IMG/VR virus record: IMGVR_UViG_2778261570_000014
Origin: a virus
Taxonomy: Duplodnaviria; Heunggongvirae; Uroviricota; Caudoviricetes
Length of the DNA: 18,682 bases
Reading direction: 5' to 3' (one strand)
In this document: one piece after another, positions 1-9,442 of the stretch
Position numbering within the stretch: the first letter of the stretch is position 1
How the letters are laid out: every line of letters begins with the position of its first letter
Translations under genes and position numbers: made by a program
The notes under the pieces: generated by a model
Databases searched by the model: none
Told to the model about the DNA's origin: nothing
Seen by the model: only the letters and a program-made list of their open reading frames with translations

Positions 1-1124
1 GTGGGCCACGGAACAGGCACACCAACGGGTAGCGCCGAGCCTTCTCCTAAACCAAGGTAATTGAGGACATCTTTTATACTGCCCTTAGCGATAATAGCGC
101 GACCAATAGCTGTAAGGGTTGTCAGCGCTGCGCGGTCTGCTCCGGTAAAATAAGGCAACCGATCTGCTGCAGTGGCAAGTCCTGCCAGAGCAGTGAGCGT
201 GGCATCTGCCGGTTGTTTTCCGTTTGCCAGATCGTATGCAGCCTTGACAGCTTTCGGTGTAGCGGCCAGCACTTCAGACGTGCTGTTAGTGGCACTACTG
301 AGCTGAGTGATGCCTTTCGCTGTCAATGAAGCTGTTGGCACACCAGTGATCTGATTCCAGGGATGTATATGATTGGATGGTGCCTTTCCGGCTGCTAGAT
401 CGTATGCAGCTTTAACCGCTTTTGGAGTTGCAGCTAATGTTTCAGAAGTGCTGTTGGTGTCGCTACTGAGCTGAACTATCCCTTTTTGTGTCGTGGTTGC
501 ATCCTGGGCTGTGTACTTCCCGTTAGCCAGGTCATATGCAGCCTTGACAGCTTTCGGTGTAGCCGCTTTTCTTTCTTCTGTACTGCTTATTTCATTAGAG
601 AATTCGACACCAACAGCCCGGTTAACCCGGTATTTAAGCACAATCATTTCTTTAGTCACAGCCGTTGCGCCGCTAGGCACGATAACTCGACATAATTCAA
701 TTTGATTCTGCCCAATAGTATTGTCCGTACGCGCGTAAATTCTTGCAGCACTGACAGAAGATGCGCTATCTACCTGTGTCGTTTTTACACCATGTTCAAA
801 ATTGGCTTCCAGCACAATAATGTTGGTAGCCCCTGCCTTTACCGAGACAGTCACATCTTCTATTTGCTGAACGGATATCTGAACATTATTTACATCTACT
901 GAAGCAGCCCCTTTACCTTCTGAGTTTTCAGAAGTTATGCGGACACTCAACCCTGTGCCGGGAACCGGTTCAAATCCACAGTAAAAGCCAGGCAAAACAA
1001 TATTTTTTAGTTTTCTGTTAAGAGCCAGACTACTATAGAGTTCGAAATATTGAACATCAGCAAGCAACGACTGTGAGACACCAGAGGATAGTGTCATTAT
1101 GTTGTTCGTTTTATCAGCCCCCAT
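1..1124 (-). CDS. Tail fiber protein, P2 gpH / lambda Stf type; N-terminal 374 codons only, C-terminal part lies beyond the window start
   Basis: Minus-strand frame is open from ATG at 1124..1122 to position 1. Translation has three copies of the phage tail-fibre repeat (KGIVQLSSDTNSTSETLAATPKAVKAAYDLA and variants), then GKQPADATLTALAGLATAADRLPYFTG...LTTLTAIGR and LPVGVPVPWP, matching P2 H / lambda Stf as I recall them. GAGGG 8 nt upstream of the ATG. Confidence 0.85.
   Translation of the reverse strand, partial: MGADKTNNIMTLSSGVSQSLLADVQYFELYSSLALNRKLKNIVLPGFYCGFEPVPGTGLSVRITSENSEGKGAASVDVNNVQISVQQIEDVTVSVKAGATNIIVLEANFEHGVKTTQVDSASSVSAARIYARTDNTIGQNQIELCRVIVPSGATAVTKEMIVLKYRVNRAVGVEFSNEISSTEERKAATPKAVKAAYDLANGKYTAQDATTTQKGIVQLSSDTNSTSETLAATPKAVKAAYDLAAGKAPSNHIHPWNQITGVPTASLTAKGITQLSSATNSTSEVLAATPKAVKAAYDLANGKQPADATLTALAGLATAADRLPYFTGADRAALTTLTAIGRAIIAKGSIKDVLNYLGLGEGSALPVGVPVPWP
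225..575 (-). repeat. In-gene degenerate direct repeats (about 150 bp) encoding the tail-fibre repeat motif, one partial plus three full copies
   Basis: Recurring DNA segments (e.g. around 200-310, 380-490, 520-570) that each translate on the minus strand to ...ATPKAVKAAYDLA. Confidence 0.6.
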
Positions 1125-1126
1125 AA

Positions 1127-1573
1127 TCAACCCTCAACTTGCTCGATTGTCATGAGAATACTGTAACGTTTACCTTTATAGAGGGTATCTTGCTGGGTGC
1201 AAAGCACACCAAAAGCCTGTTCCTCAGCATCAACAAGCACAAGCGTGTTAAAGTCGTAAGGCGTGTTATCCGGCATTCTTTCTTGAGGGAAGGCTGCATT
1301 GATCGTGATAATCCCATCCACGCTGGACAATATCAGATCGGACACAGCAAACTGTTGAGCGCCACTCAATTTAAAATCGAGCGGAATGTCCGCTATATTC
1401 CAGCCTCCTGCACCATTAGCAGTTACCAGACTAGATTTGCACCAATACGCCTTAGAGATAACAAAACGCGCACCTTTGCCGATCGCCGACTCTGCGCGGC
1501 GTGAATAATAGTAGGAAAGTAATTGCGCCTTATACAGGCGGTTACCATCTCTTGCCTTTAAATTTTCAGCCAT
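1127..1573 (-). CDS. Hypothetical protein (148 aa) immediately upstream of the tail fiber gene; likely baseplate or fiber-associated
   Basis: ATG start at 1573; stop 2 nt from the tail fiber start; co-oriented in the operon. No recognisable motif. The overlapping plus-strand ORF 1139..1504 looks less protein-like. Confidence 0.5.
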   Translation of the reverse strand: MAENLKARDGNRLYKAQLLSYYYSRRAESAIGKGARFVISKAYWCKSSLVTANGAGGWNIADIPLDFKLSGAQQFAVSDLILSSVDGIITINAAFPQERMPDNTPYDFNTLVLVDAEEQAFGVLCTQQDTLYKGKRYSILMTIEQVEG

Positions 1574-1638
1574 ACGAACATAGCCCCTTCATAAGCAATG
1601 AACCAAAGGAGAGTATGCTCAGTTTGTGATTTCCGTTG

Positions 1639-1664
1639 TTCTTCCCCCAAATGCGGGGGAAGAA
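1639..1664 (-). other. Intercistronic stem-loop (10-bp stem TTCTTCCCCC / GGGGGAAGAA, 6-nt loop) directly after the stop of the 281-aa gene
   Basis: Perfect inverted repeat seen in sequence; no U-tract follows on the minus-strand transcript. Confidence 0.4.
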
Positions 1665-1667
1665 TTA

Positions 1668-2513
1668 TTAAACAGATTGAAGGTGGTAATCCAAAGGCCA
1701 CGCATCGAGTGGGGTTACATCAAGATGTAATTGCTTTTCTGCCGTTCGGTTCGGTATGGCATTAAGAGAAATATTGTCTGCCTGGCAGGAGGTATCACTA
1801 CGGGATAGCATATCAGCCATACTCTCAGTAACATAAACACCTTCAATTACCGAAACATCCGTAGACAGGTAATTTAATATTTCTGCCACTTCAGGGAATA
1901 CAGCACTAAGCCGAAACGAGACGCCATCAAAAACAATATGCAATGGCAACAAAGGGGCTATTACTGTTTCGAAGTCAGATAACAATTTCTGCACAGCGGC
2001 TTCTTTATCCTGCTCTCCATATGAGCGATATAGCTTGTTCTGATCAACAACGACCAGCCCCCTTGATGTCAGGAAGAGCTCACCGAATTGAGCCTGTGCC
2101 GTAGGTATTTCTATTTCGGTCGCAAAATATGAACCATAGGGGTGTTTTTCTATATTTACAGGTGCATACAGCGGTTCCCAACTAACAGGAATACAACCGA
2201 ATTCACGCCAGAATGTCTGCTCAATAGGCAAGATAGTACCTTTAAAGTGCACTTCATCTAAACGCTGCGCCAGAAGCATTGGCCTACGGGCATTATCTTT
2301 TTCAGTGATAACGAAAAAACGCCCGTATTCAGCAATGCGGGCATCCATATCCTCACTGTCCATAGTGAAGAAGGATTTTCTGTTACTTATTCTTGTTAAT
2401 ATTGGTTCTACTGCCTCATTCCAGACATCCTGTAAAGCGTCTATAAATGCACTCCAGAGATGTGAATCCTGTTTTACTTTAGTTAATCGTTCCTTAAGCC
2501 AATTATCTTTCAT
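1668..2513 (-). CDS. Putative baseplate protein (281 aa), positional analogue of P2 gpI
   Basis: ATG start at 2513; sits between the baseplate-J-like gene and the fiber-proximal gene. Assignment is by position only. Confidence 0.45.
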   Translation of the reverse strand: MKDNWLKERLTKVKQDSHLWSAFIDALQDVWNEAVEPILTRISNRKSFFTMDSEDMDARIAEYGRFFVITEKDNARRPMLLAQRLDEVHFKGTILPIEQTFWREFGCIPVSWEPLYAPVNIEKHPYGSYFATEIEIPTAQAQFGELFLTSRGLVVVDQNKLYRSYGEQDKEAAVQKLLSDFETVIAPLLPLHIVFDGVSFRLSAVFPEVAEILNYLSTDVSVIEGVYVTESMADMLSRSDTSCQADNISLNAIPNRTAEKQLHLDVTPLDAWPLDYHLQSV

Positions 2514-2523
2514 GCTAACCTCA

Positions 2524-3954
2524 TTACGGGTAAGAAATGCTGAACGTTGAAGATTTTACGTTAAGATAAATGAAGTCATTAAAGTAAACAGCATCTTTCA
2601 TATTTTGTATTGTTATGTCGTAAGACAGAAACATATCCAGAGACTCTATTACTCGCCAAATATCCTTAACTTTTACCTGTGCATAACATTGCTGGGAATC
2701 ATCATCACTCTGTAGTAATAAACTGAATGATGACGAATCACGGCCAAAATTATCTTCCAACGCTGCTTTAATAGCATTTTGAGCATCGTCTATCAGAACA
2801 TTTTTACGTGCAATACCTATAAAATTTATAGTAAATGGCTGTTCATTTGTATCTACATACTCGAACCGCTTGTTCAACTCATTTGGAACATTCTCTAGAG
2901 CTTTCAGTATTTCTGATTTTAGCTGAGACTGGCTTACACCCGGCTTATGTCCGCAAAAGAAAATTTTGTTGATGTTTCGAACGTCAAACCCAGTTATTTT
3001 CTCTTGTAACGCTTCGCCCCAAACGTTCAACCATGAAGTTCCATGAACAACATTCTGAATGAATTGGCGATAATCACCGCCCCATACCACTTGTTCATCG
3101 TATGCAACATAATACTGAGCACGATTTCGAGTTTCTTCTGTAGTTTCCATACCACTACCACCGGTAATGATCGAATCAGTTTTAAACTCTAGTGACTCCA
3201 CATATTGAGCGATATTTCCAGCCGGTTCTAACTTTTGTCCTTCAGCCAAAGTATAGTCGCCAAGGCTAGCCATAACATCGATTCGAACCTGACAGCCTGC
3301 TGGAGGCATCATACCCATAGAACCATCACCAAACTTGACTCCAAGTTGTTCTGTAGGTTTATATGCCAATGAATAGTGCTTACTCTTGTCTCTGGACATT
3401 CTAAATAATGGGTTATATGTCCATTTTTCTTCTACTCCATCTGTAATAACATAAACATCCAGGCTAGAGACTTCTTTTGTTAACTCTCTGGAAAGCAACA
3501 ATGTCAGAAATAAAGTTTCCTTCTCAATATCAAACGTAATGCTAACAGCTTCATGCTGTTTAGTTTCTACGCCAGAAACAGTTCCTCCAGCAGGAATTAC
3601 AACACTGTTAATAATTGCCAAAGGTGTTTGGTCATTGGCAAGCAATTCAGCCCCGGCTGGTAACGTAATATCCCGATCAGTTTTATTTGTTATAGACGTT
3701 GTTCCGTATGAAGCACTAACAAATCGCCCTACGTAGCTACGGTCTTCAGCAACCGCTAAAATACTTGAGCGGCGCGTTGCCGTTGAAATAAGTCCCTCAG
3801 TGAGGCCGCGACTTGCAAATGTACGGGCAATATAAATAAGCTGCGATCCGAATATAGCGTGCATCTGCACAAACTGACTATTTACAAATCGTGACCACCA
3901 TGTATTTTCATTTAACTTGGCGTTAAATTTGTCCAGTAATTCTGTAATCGTCAC
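2524..3954 (-). CDS. Baseplate J-like protein (476 aa)
   Basis: Directly downstream of the gp25/GPW-like gene; C-terminal region loosely resembles P2 gpJ from memory. Apparent GTG start at 3954 overlapping the upstream stop (GTGA), consistent with translational coupling. Confidence 0.5.
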   Translation of the reverse strand: MTITELLDKFNAKLNENTWWSRFVNSQFVQMHAIFGSQLIYIARTFASRGLTEGLISTATRRSSILAVAEDRSYVGRFVSASYGTTSITNKTDRDITLPAGAELLANDQTPLAIINSVVIPAGGTVSGVETKQHEAVSITFDIEKETLFLTLLLSRELTKEVSSLDVYVITDGVEEKWTYNPLFRMSRDKSKHYSLAYKPTEQLGVKFGDGSMGMMPPAGCQVRIDVMASLGDYTLAEGQKLEPAGNIAQYVESLEFKTDSIITGGSGMETTEETRNRAQYYVAYDEQVVWGGDYRQFIQNVVHGTSWLNVWGEALQEKITGFDVRNINKIFFCGHKPGVSQSQLKSEILKALENVPNELNKRFEYVDTNEQPFTINFIGIARKNVLIDDAQNAIKAALEDNFGRDSSSFSLLLQSDDDSQQCYAQVKVKDIWRVIESLDMFLSYDITIQNMKDAVYFNDFIYLNVKSSTFSISYP

Positions 3955-4325
3955 GCGCCCACCCCACTTGATTTCTGCATAACAATATCCATGCTCCCAC
4001 CTTTCGCATAAAAACTAATTAATAAAGAATCTTCAGAAATTGATGTGCAACGAATCCCTTGCACATCCAAACCTGGCAAGTCTTGTCGTAGTTTTTTCAT
4101 CATTCTCCCTTCAATAGCCACTTCAACTATGTGCGAAGTTTCAGAGCCGAATGGTTCATGCTTAAATTCTTCCATTGGACTCCCCCAAGAGGGTAAACCA
4201 TAAACACTCCCTTCAGGGGTTCGTAGCCACTCGTCAAGTCGGGCCATCCATGCTGCGGTACTTCCTTCTGCAATAATGACACCGCTCTCATTCGTTTGAA
4301 GTCTTGCGTCTATTTCGTAAAGCAT
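3951..4325 (-). CDS. Baseplate wedge protein, gp25 / GPW-like (124 aa)
   Basis: Size and motif ...RLDEWLRTPEGSVYGLPSWGS... resemble the P2 gpW motif ...ILRTPVGSRVMRRDYGS... as I recall it. ATG at 4325, 5 nt after the stop of the large upstream gene. Confidence 0.6.
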   Translation of the reverse strand: MLYEIDARLQTNESGVIIAEGSTAAWMARLDEWLRTPEGSVYGLPSWGSPMEEFKHEPFGSETSHIVEVAIEGRMMKKLRQDLPGLDVQGIRCTSISEDSLLISFYAKGGSMDIVMQKSSGVGA

Positions 4326-4330
4326 CAGTA

Positions 4331-7300
4331 TTAATCCTCAAGCAGAGCATCCAGCGACTGGTCATTAATAGTTGTGCTCGCACGTGGTCGCGGCTGCGGC
4401 TGCGATGTTTTGACAACATTATCCGGATCGCCTTTTGTATTGTTCTTGTTCACATTCAGCAGATCGTTCAGGATAGAGCAGATGTTATCCAGCGCCTTCA
4501 ACATAGCAGGATCGTTATTTATAGTGTCAGTAGTTAATGGTTGTCTTATTCCGCTTCGTGCGAGATCGGTTACAGTAGGGAGTTGTGGCGGCATAGCAAG
4601 AAAAGGTTCTTGCACAGCTGAAGCAGAGCCAAATATGGCGTTATTGGCACCAGTTGCTATTCCCCTAATGCTATTAGCGGTTTGTTGAATCCCCCCATTC
4701 AGCCAGTCTCCAACATTTCTTGTTAATGGGCTAATAGCTCGCGCAATCGCACTATTCTGCCCAGTAGACTGCATTACAAGATCGTTCAATATCCCTGTAC
4801 TATCAATCCCCCCAACAAGTCGTGAAAGGTTATCGCCAACGGCAGGAATTACTGCGGTTCCTGTCTGTTTAAGCCCTGACACCGTGGAATCAAATAGCGA
4901 ACCAAAGAAGCTCTTATCCTCACCTGTAACCACCTTGTAGCCGTTGTCATAAATCTGCACATCACTTGGTGCCGTGATAGTTCGTTTTCCAGAGGTAACT
5001 ACTGGCGCAGCTCCCGCCATAGCCTGGCTGATTGCTAGAGCCTGCTCCTGCTGTGGGGTTTTCGGTGCAGGCGCTGCAGACGAAAAGCCCGCCATAGCCT
5101 GGCTGATTGCTAGAGCCTGCTCCTGCTGTGGAGTTTTCGGTGCTGGCGCTGCAGATGAAAAGCCCGCCATAGCCTGGCTGATTGCTAGAGCCTGCTCCTG
5201 CTGTGGAGTTTTCGGTGCTGGCGCTGCAGATGAAAAGCCCGCCATAGCCTGGCTGATTGCTAGAGCCTGCTCCTGCTGTGGAGTTTTCGGTGCTGGCGCT
5301 GCAGATGAAAAGCCCGCCATAGCCTGGCTGATTGCTAGAGCCTGCTCCTGCTGTGGAGTTTTCGGAGTAGAAGGGGATACTTGATCTCCCGGAAGTAGAT
5401 CAATGATTTCTGTATCGTGATTAACAGTGCGTTTTTGTTGTATGGCTGTTGCGATATCAGCCGCTTGAGAAGCTTTTTTAAATCCAAAAGATTTACCGGT
5501 TAAGCCGGATATCTTTTCAGTAAGAGCCTGATCCATTCCTTTCGCTTTTTCGGAAAGCGAAGATATAGAACCAAACGAAGTAGCCAACGCAAAATCCTTT
5601 ACCAGGTCCAGACTTGTTCCAGCAAGGCTGGTAGCCGCGCCGCCAAATAAATTACTTGCACCACTGATTCCGCTTTCATTTATTGCGATTAACCGCTCAA
5701 GCAAACTCGATGGAGAGCCGGTATTAACATCAGCGTTCTCTGGATTAATCGGTTGTGGTTGGTTACCTGTTTTTTGTGGCTTTTTGACTGCCTGGGCATG
5801 TTGTGCAACCTCAATTGGCTGTTGTGTTGCTGTCGGAACGGCATTCAAAACTGGTTGAGCTGGAGATTTTCCATTAGCATATTTTACCTTGCGACCAACA
5901 CTATATTGCGAATCGCGGGCAATTAGCTGACCACCATTTTCTTTCTGAATTTTATTAATCCGCGCCAATGTTTCGTCAGAGAATTGTCCCTCCCATAGAC
6001 CAGTGTTTGTGTTAAATGCTCCAAGTGCGTTCTTAATGAACTCATTATTAACTGCCGGATTTCCGCCTTCTTTCGTCGCAATTGCACGAACTAATTGCGT
6101 CATAACCTCTGGTTTGCTGACATCTATTTTTTCATTAGGCGATACACCAAGATATTTACTGACGTTATCAATATATTGGTTAGTATTGTTCTCATTTGGC
6201 GGTGCCCATTTTGAAATGATGCTGGATACCGTCTGTAACTTCTGATATCCCGCTGCGGCACTGGTGCCGTTGTAATAGCTGGAAACCTGGTTTGCCAGTG
6301 CCCTGATCCCTTCTTCAGGTGTGTTAAATCGCGCAAAACGTTGTTCACCTTTTGCATTTGGCGATTCCAGCGTCGCCCCTTCCTGGTTGGCAAAAACAAG
6401 ATTGCCGAGATTATTATTTCGGTAATTGCGGTTTTTAGCGTTGCTGCCGCCAATATTCAGATCCGCTGCAATGGTGTTGTTGGCAGGTGAACTAAATTCA
6501 GTTGGAGAAGTATACCCGTGCTCACCAACTCCATCCTCGCCATTACGCCCACCTTGTAATTGTTCACCTAGAGAATGAATCGCATCGACAGTTTTTTTGG
6601 TGCCGTCTTCAACAGCTTTTTTTACTTGTTTCGTGTTTTCGTCAGTGGATAAAAATGTATCCTTAAGGCTACCAAAAACAGATTTGGTGATATCTACCGC
6701 GCCGTTAACACCACGAGCAATATCTCCGGTATCAAAATTCTGAAGTTTTTCACCTGCTCTTTCAAATCCTAGCGCAGAAATTCCTTTCCCTATCAAGTTC
6801 GTTGCGCCCGACACCAAGCCCCCCATATCGAGCACATTAGCTGTTGCGTAAGCCGTTTTTTGCTGTTCGGCTACAGCATCATCGTCACTTAATCCAAAGG
6901 CTGCCTTTTGCGCATCTGTATCAGTGTAACCATCTATAGCGTCATATCCCGCCATAGCCAGCGAACCGATGATAGGGATAGCTCTTGCAGCTGTAGAAGC
7001 AGCTGATTTAACACCTATTTTTGCAGCACTTTTGAGGGCTACGGATTCGGTTTTTTTCTTTGCAACAGTTTCACCTGTTTTAACTGTGGCCTCTTCGGCA
7101 ACAACACCTGCTGGCTTAACTGCCTTTGCTGTGTTTTTTGTTTCTTTAGCAATACCCTTAGATGCGTCGCTTGTGGTGCTGATGTCTTTGGCTTTACTAA
7201 CCTTTGTTTTAACAGTCTTTGCAGCTCCGGCACCAGCTCCAGCAGCAGCGGTTCCGGCAGCGGCTTTTTCACCAACAGTAAGGGCTTTTTTCCCCAGATT

Positions 7301-8461
7301 GCGACCTTTCCTTTTCGGTTTGTTCCGTTTATTTTTACCAGCCTGATCGCCAATATTGATTTTATTTCTTCTGCTTGCTCGATTTCTCCAGAGATCACTT
7401 AAGCCGAACTTATTCCCAGAAGATACTGATTTGCGTAGCTTAACTACTTCGTCGGAGACATTTTCCAGACCATCAATTATTTTGTTGTCATTGGTCTGAA
7501 GAATTTTTGTTTGCTCTTCTACTGCTTGTGCTGATTTTGTCTCAACAGCATTATTAAATGCTGTTGCAGAGGTTGCTTTTTGAGTATTAACCACCGCCGG
7601 ATAAGTGATAGCTGGAGATGTCGCTTTCGAAGGTGAAGCCTCACCTTTCCCCTTTTCTACCCATTCTTTAAGAGATTCTGCTTTACCTGTGATCTCTTTA
7701 GTAATGTCGTACATGCCGCGAGCAGCCATCCACAACGGACCACCAGCGCCAACACCTGCGGCATCTGTTAAAGACTCTTCACTGGAAGACTGATTGCCAT
7801 CTACCCCTATAATGGAGCCTAATTTCCGGAGGAAGCCTTCTTGTAGTTTGGCGTCGGCCTTATGTGCTTTCTGCCATTCTTTTTTTCTGGCTATATCTTC
7901 GTTGTTTTTCTGGGATACAAAGCGTCCGTTACTATCCCGAAGCGGTCCTTTTTGGCTTTGGGGGGATTGTGGTTCAAGAGGAGCAGAATTAGCGGCTAAT
8001 GGCACAGAACCTTTCAACTTTTGGGCTGACTGGCGTGATGACGCAAAATGAACGCGCTCTGATGTGTTGGTTGCAACAATGAGACGTTCTTCTCCGTTGT
8101 TGACCTGCGTCCTCCCTTTTTTCATCGGAAGGCGTTTTATATATGGGTTAGCTTGGGTATTCTTGGCATCATCAGAGACATAGGGTTCGCTTGCTATGAG
8201 TCTACGGGATAGTCTTTGACTTACTTTACCTTGATTTTCACCAAGTTGAGTTATAGACCCTCTACCAGAGAGAATGGCGTCTTTGATCTCAGCAAGAGCG
8301 TTAAGTTCGTTTGTGCTCGCCCCCTGAATAGCGTCAATTATTGCGATACGGTCTTTATTCTCTTTCAAAATAACCTCTCTTTTGCCAGCGGCGATCAACG
8401 TTTCCCGGCTTGAGCTTTGTATTTTTCTTCCAGGGCTTTTGACATATGGAGTGCTCGCCAT
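4331..8461 (-). CDS. Large virion protein (1376 aa), tape-measure-like or structural injection protein
   Basis: Long ORF immediately upstream of the baseplate genes. Contains a Lys/Ala/Gly-rich low-complexity region, a globular segment (NNLGNLVFANQEG...GIRALANQV...WAPPNENNT...) and five 25-aa tandem repeats. ATG at 8461. Confidence 0.6.
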   Translation of the reverse strand: MASTPYVKSPGRKIQSSSRETLIAAGKREVILKENKDRIAIIDAIQGASTNELNALAEIKDAILSGRGSITQLGENQGKVSQRLSRRLIASEPYVSDDAKNTQANPYIKRLPMKKGRTQVNNGEERLIVATNTSERVHFASSRQSAQKLKGSVPLAANSAPLEPQSPQSQKGPLRDSNGRFVSQKNNEDIARKKEWQKAHKADAKLQEGFLRKLGSIIGVDGNQSSSEESLTDAAGVGAGGPLWMAARGMYDITKEITGKAESLKEWVEKGKGEASPSKATSPAITYPAVVNTQKATSATAFNNAVETKSAQAVEEQTKILQTNDNKIIDGLENVSDEVVKLRKSVSSGNKFGLSDLWRNRASRRNKINIGDQAGKNKRNKPKRKGRNLGKKALTVGEKAAAGTAAAGAGAGAAKTVKTKVSKAKDISTTSDASKGIAKETKNTAKAVKPAGVVAEEATVKTGETVAKKKTESVALKSAAKIGVKSAASTAARAIPIIGSLAMAGYDAIDGYTDTDAQKAAFGLSDDDAVAEQQKTAYATANVLDMGGLVSGATNLIGKGISALGFERAGEKLQNFDTGDIARGVNGAVDITKSVFGSLKDTFLSTDENTKQVKKAVEDGTKKTVDAIHSLGEQLQGGRNGEDGVGEHGYTSPTEFSSPANNTIAADLNIGGSNAKNRNYRNNNLGNLVFANQEGATLESPNAKGEQRFARFNTPEEGIRALANQVSSYYNGTSAAAGYQKLQTVSSIISKWAPPNENNTNQYIDNVSKYLGVSPNEKIDVSKPEVMTQLVRAIATKEGGNPAVNNEFIKNALGAFNTNTGLWEGQFSDETLARINKIQKENGGQLIARDSQYSVGRKVKYANGKSPAQPVLNAVPTATQQPIEVAQHAQAVKKPQKTGNQPQPINPENADVNTGSPSSLLERLIAINESGISGASNLFGGAATSLAGTSLDLVKDFALATSFGSISSLSEKAKGMDQALTEKISGLTGKSFGFKKASQAADIATAIQQKRTVNHDTEIIDLLPGDQVSPSTPKTPQQEQALAISQAMAGFSSAAPAPKTPQQEQALAISQAMAGFSSAAPAPKTPQQEQALAISQAMAGFSSAAPAPKTPQQEQALAISQAMAGFSSAAPAPKTPQQEQALAISQAMAGAAPVVTSGKRTITAPSDVQIYDNGYKVVTGEDKSFFGSLFDSTVSGLKQTGTAVIPAVGDNLSRLVGGIDSTGILNDLVMQSTGQNSAIARAISPLTRNVGDWLNGGIQQTANSIRGIATGANNAIFGSASAVQEPFLAMPPQLPTVTDLARSGIRQPLTTDTINNDPAMLKALDNICSILNDLLNVNKNNTKGDPDNVVKTSQPQPRPRASTTINDQSLDALLED
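5010..5366 (-). repeat. Tandem direct repeat, 75-bp unit in about 4.75 copies, inside the large virion protein gene
   Basis: GCCATAGCC recurs at 5016, 5091, 5166, 5241 and 5316 (period exactly 75). The middle copies are identical and the first differs at a few positions. Encodes (APAPKTPQQEQALAISQAMAGFSSA)n in frame. Confidence 0.9.
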
Positions 8462-8515
8462 TGTGGCAATTGTTCAACGTCACTAACGGGCTGATATCCA
8501 TACAGAGTCAGGTTG

Positions 8516-9337
8516 TTAATAATGGTTAGCCATCCATTCAGATCTAATTGATGGGATAAACTCTCTATTGAGAAAGGGGACGTACAGTGTGGTTGTCACA
8601 TCTGCACCCTCCTTAGCGTTTTTGCAATGTTGCGGAGGCAGGATCAGTCGGCTTGAGCCTCTCTCAATAGACATTTTCAGGCCGTGGCGTAGGTCTTTTT
8701 GCATAAGCTGTATGCGAGCCACAAGCGGGGTAAATTCGGTTTCAAGCGCCATGCTTTCAATGATGTCAAAGCGTCGGTTAGCGGCCTGCGTGAAGTCCTC
8801 CGGATCGTCTTCAAGCGCCGTGCATAAAGCGAGTTCAGCAATTCGCATCCGTGCTACGCCAGCACTGTATTCGGGAGTTTTCATATCAGGAAGTGACGCT
8901 CGCATTCGTTCAAGGAGTTCCGCGCCTTTCCCGGTTAATGGTTTAAGTATCCAGTCAGTTGGTACTCCATTTACTGGTACGTTGGTTTTCACGTAAGGAG
9001 GTACAGTGAGTATTTCTACTGTTTGGGCCAGGTCGCTCAGGTTAATATCTGCATGATGCGTATTACCGCAGTGACTGCACTCATAGGAGTAGGTCATTAC
9101 TGCATCGGGGCGCGAATTAACAAATATCCACCAAAGAGCAGTTCTGCGGTCCTGAACTGTCCAGTTAGCACTGTCGTTAATTTCACCATCCTGCATAGAG
9201 TTAAGGTACTCTGTAGTCGTTGCCTCATCTTCTGCCGGGTTCAGGTCAGAATATTTCAGCGCATCCTTCACGGTAGGGGCGTGGAACTGAATTTCTGTCT
9301 CAGGACGGGAAGGCAATGGGAATTTTGGAATGTTCAA
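8516..9337 (-). CDS. Hypothetical protein (273 aa) with a C-x2-C...HH...N motif; divergently oriented from repA
   Basis: ORF with apparent TTG start at 9337 and a GGAGG Shine-Dalgarno 5 nt upstream; first in-frame Met is about residue 47. Contains YECSHCGNTHHADINL. Function unknown. Confidence 0.5.
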   Translation of the reverse strand: MNIPKFPLPSRPETEIQFHAPTVKDALKYSDLNPAEDEATTTEYLNSMQDGEINDSANWTVQDRRTALWWIFVNSRPDAVMTYSYECSHCGNTHHADINLSDLAQTVEILTVPPYVKTNVPVNGVPTDWILKPLTGKGAELLERMRASLPDMKTPEYSAGVARMRIAELALCTALEDDPEDFTQAANRRFDIIESMALETEFTPLVARIQLMQKDLRHGLKMSIERGSSRLILPPQHCKNAKEGADVTTTLYVPFLNREFIPSIRSEWMANHY

Positions 9338-9442
9338 TTATTCCTCCGAAAAGCAGGTATCTGTTCATTTTCCAGAGGATAGGGAGTGTGTGATTTGCGA
9401 TGGGGATTGAATGAAGATCTTTGCCGGTCGAGAAGCGATTAT

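Noticed and set aside
486-902. Three small plus-strand ORFs (486..695, 493..705, 702..902)
   Set aside because: They lie entirely inside the minus-strand tail fiber gene, which has strong motif support, and have no ribosome-binding sites or recognisable features.
4974-5384. Plus-strand ORF (136 aa) with a repeated AIAWLIARACSCCGVFGAGAADEKP motif
   Set aside because: It is the antisense reading of the 75-bp tandem repeats inside the minus-strand tape-measure-like gene, so its repetitiveness and openness are artefacts of the repeat.
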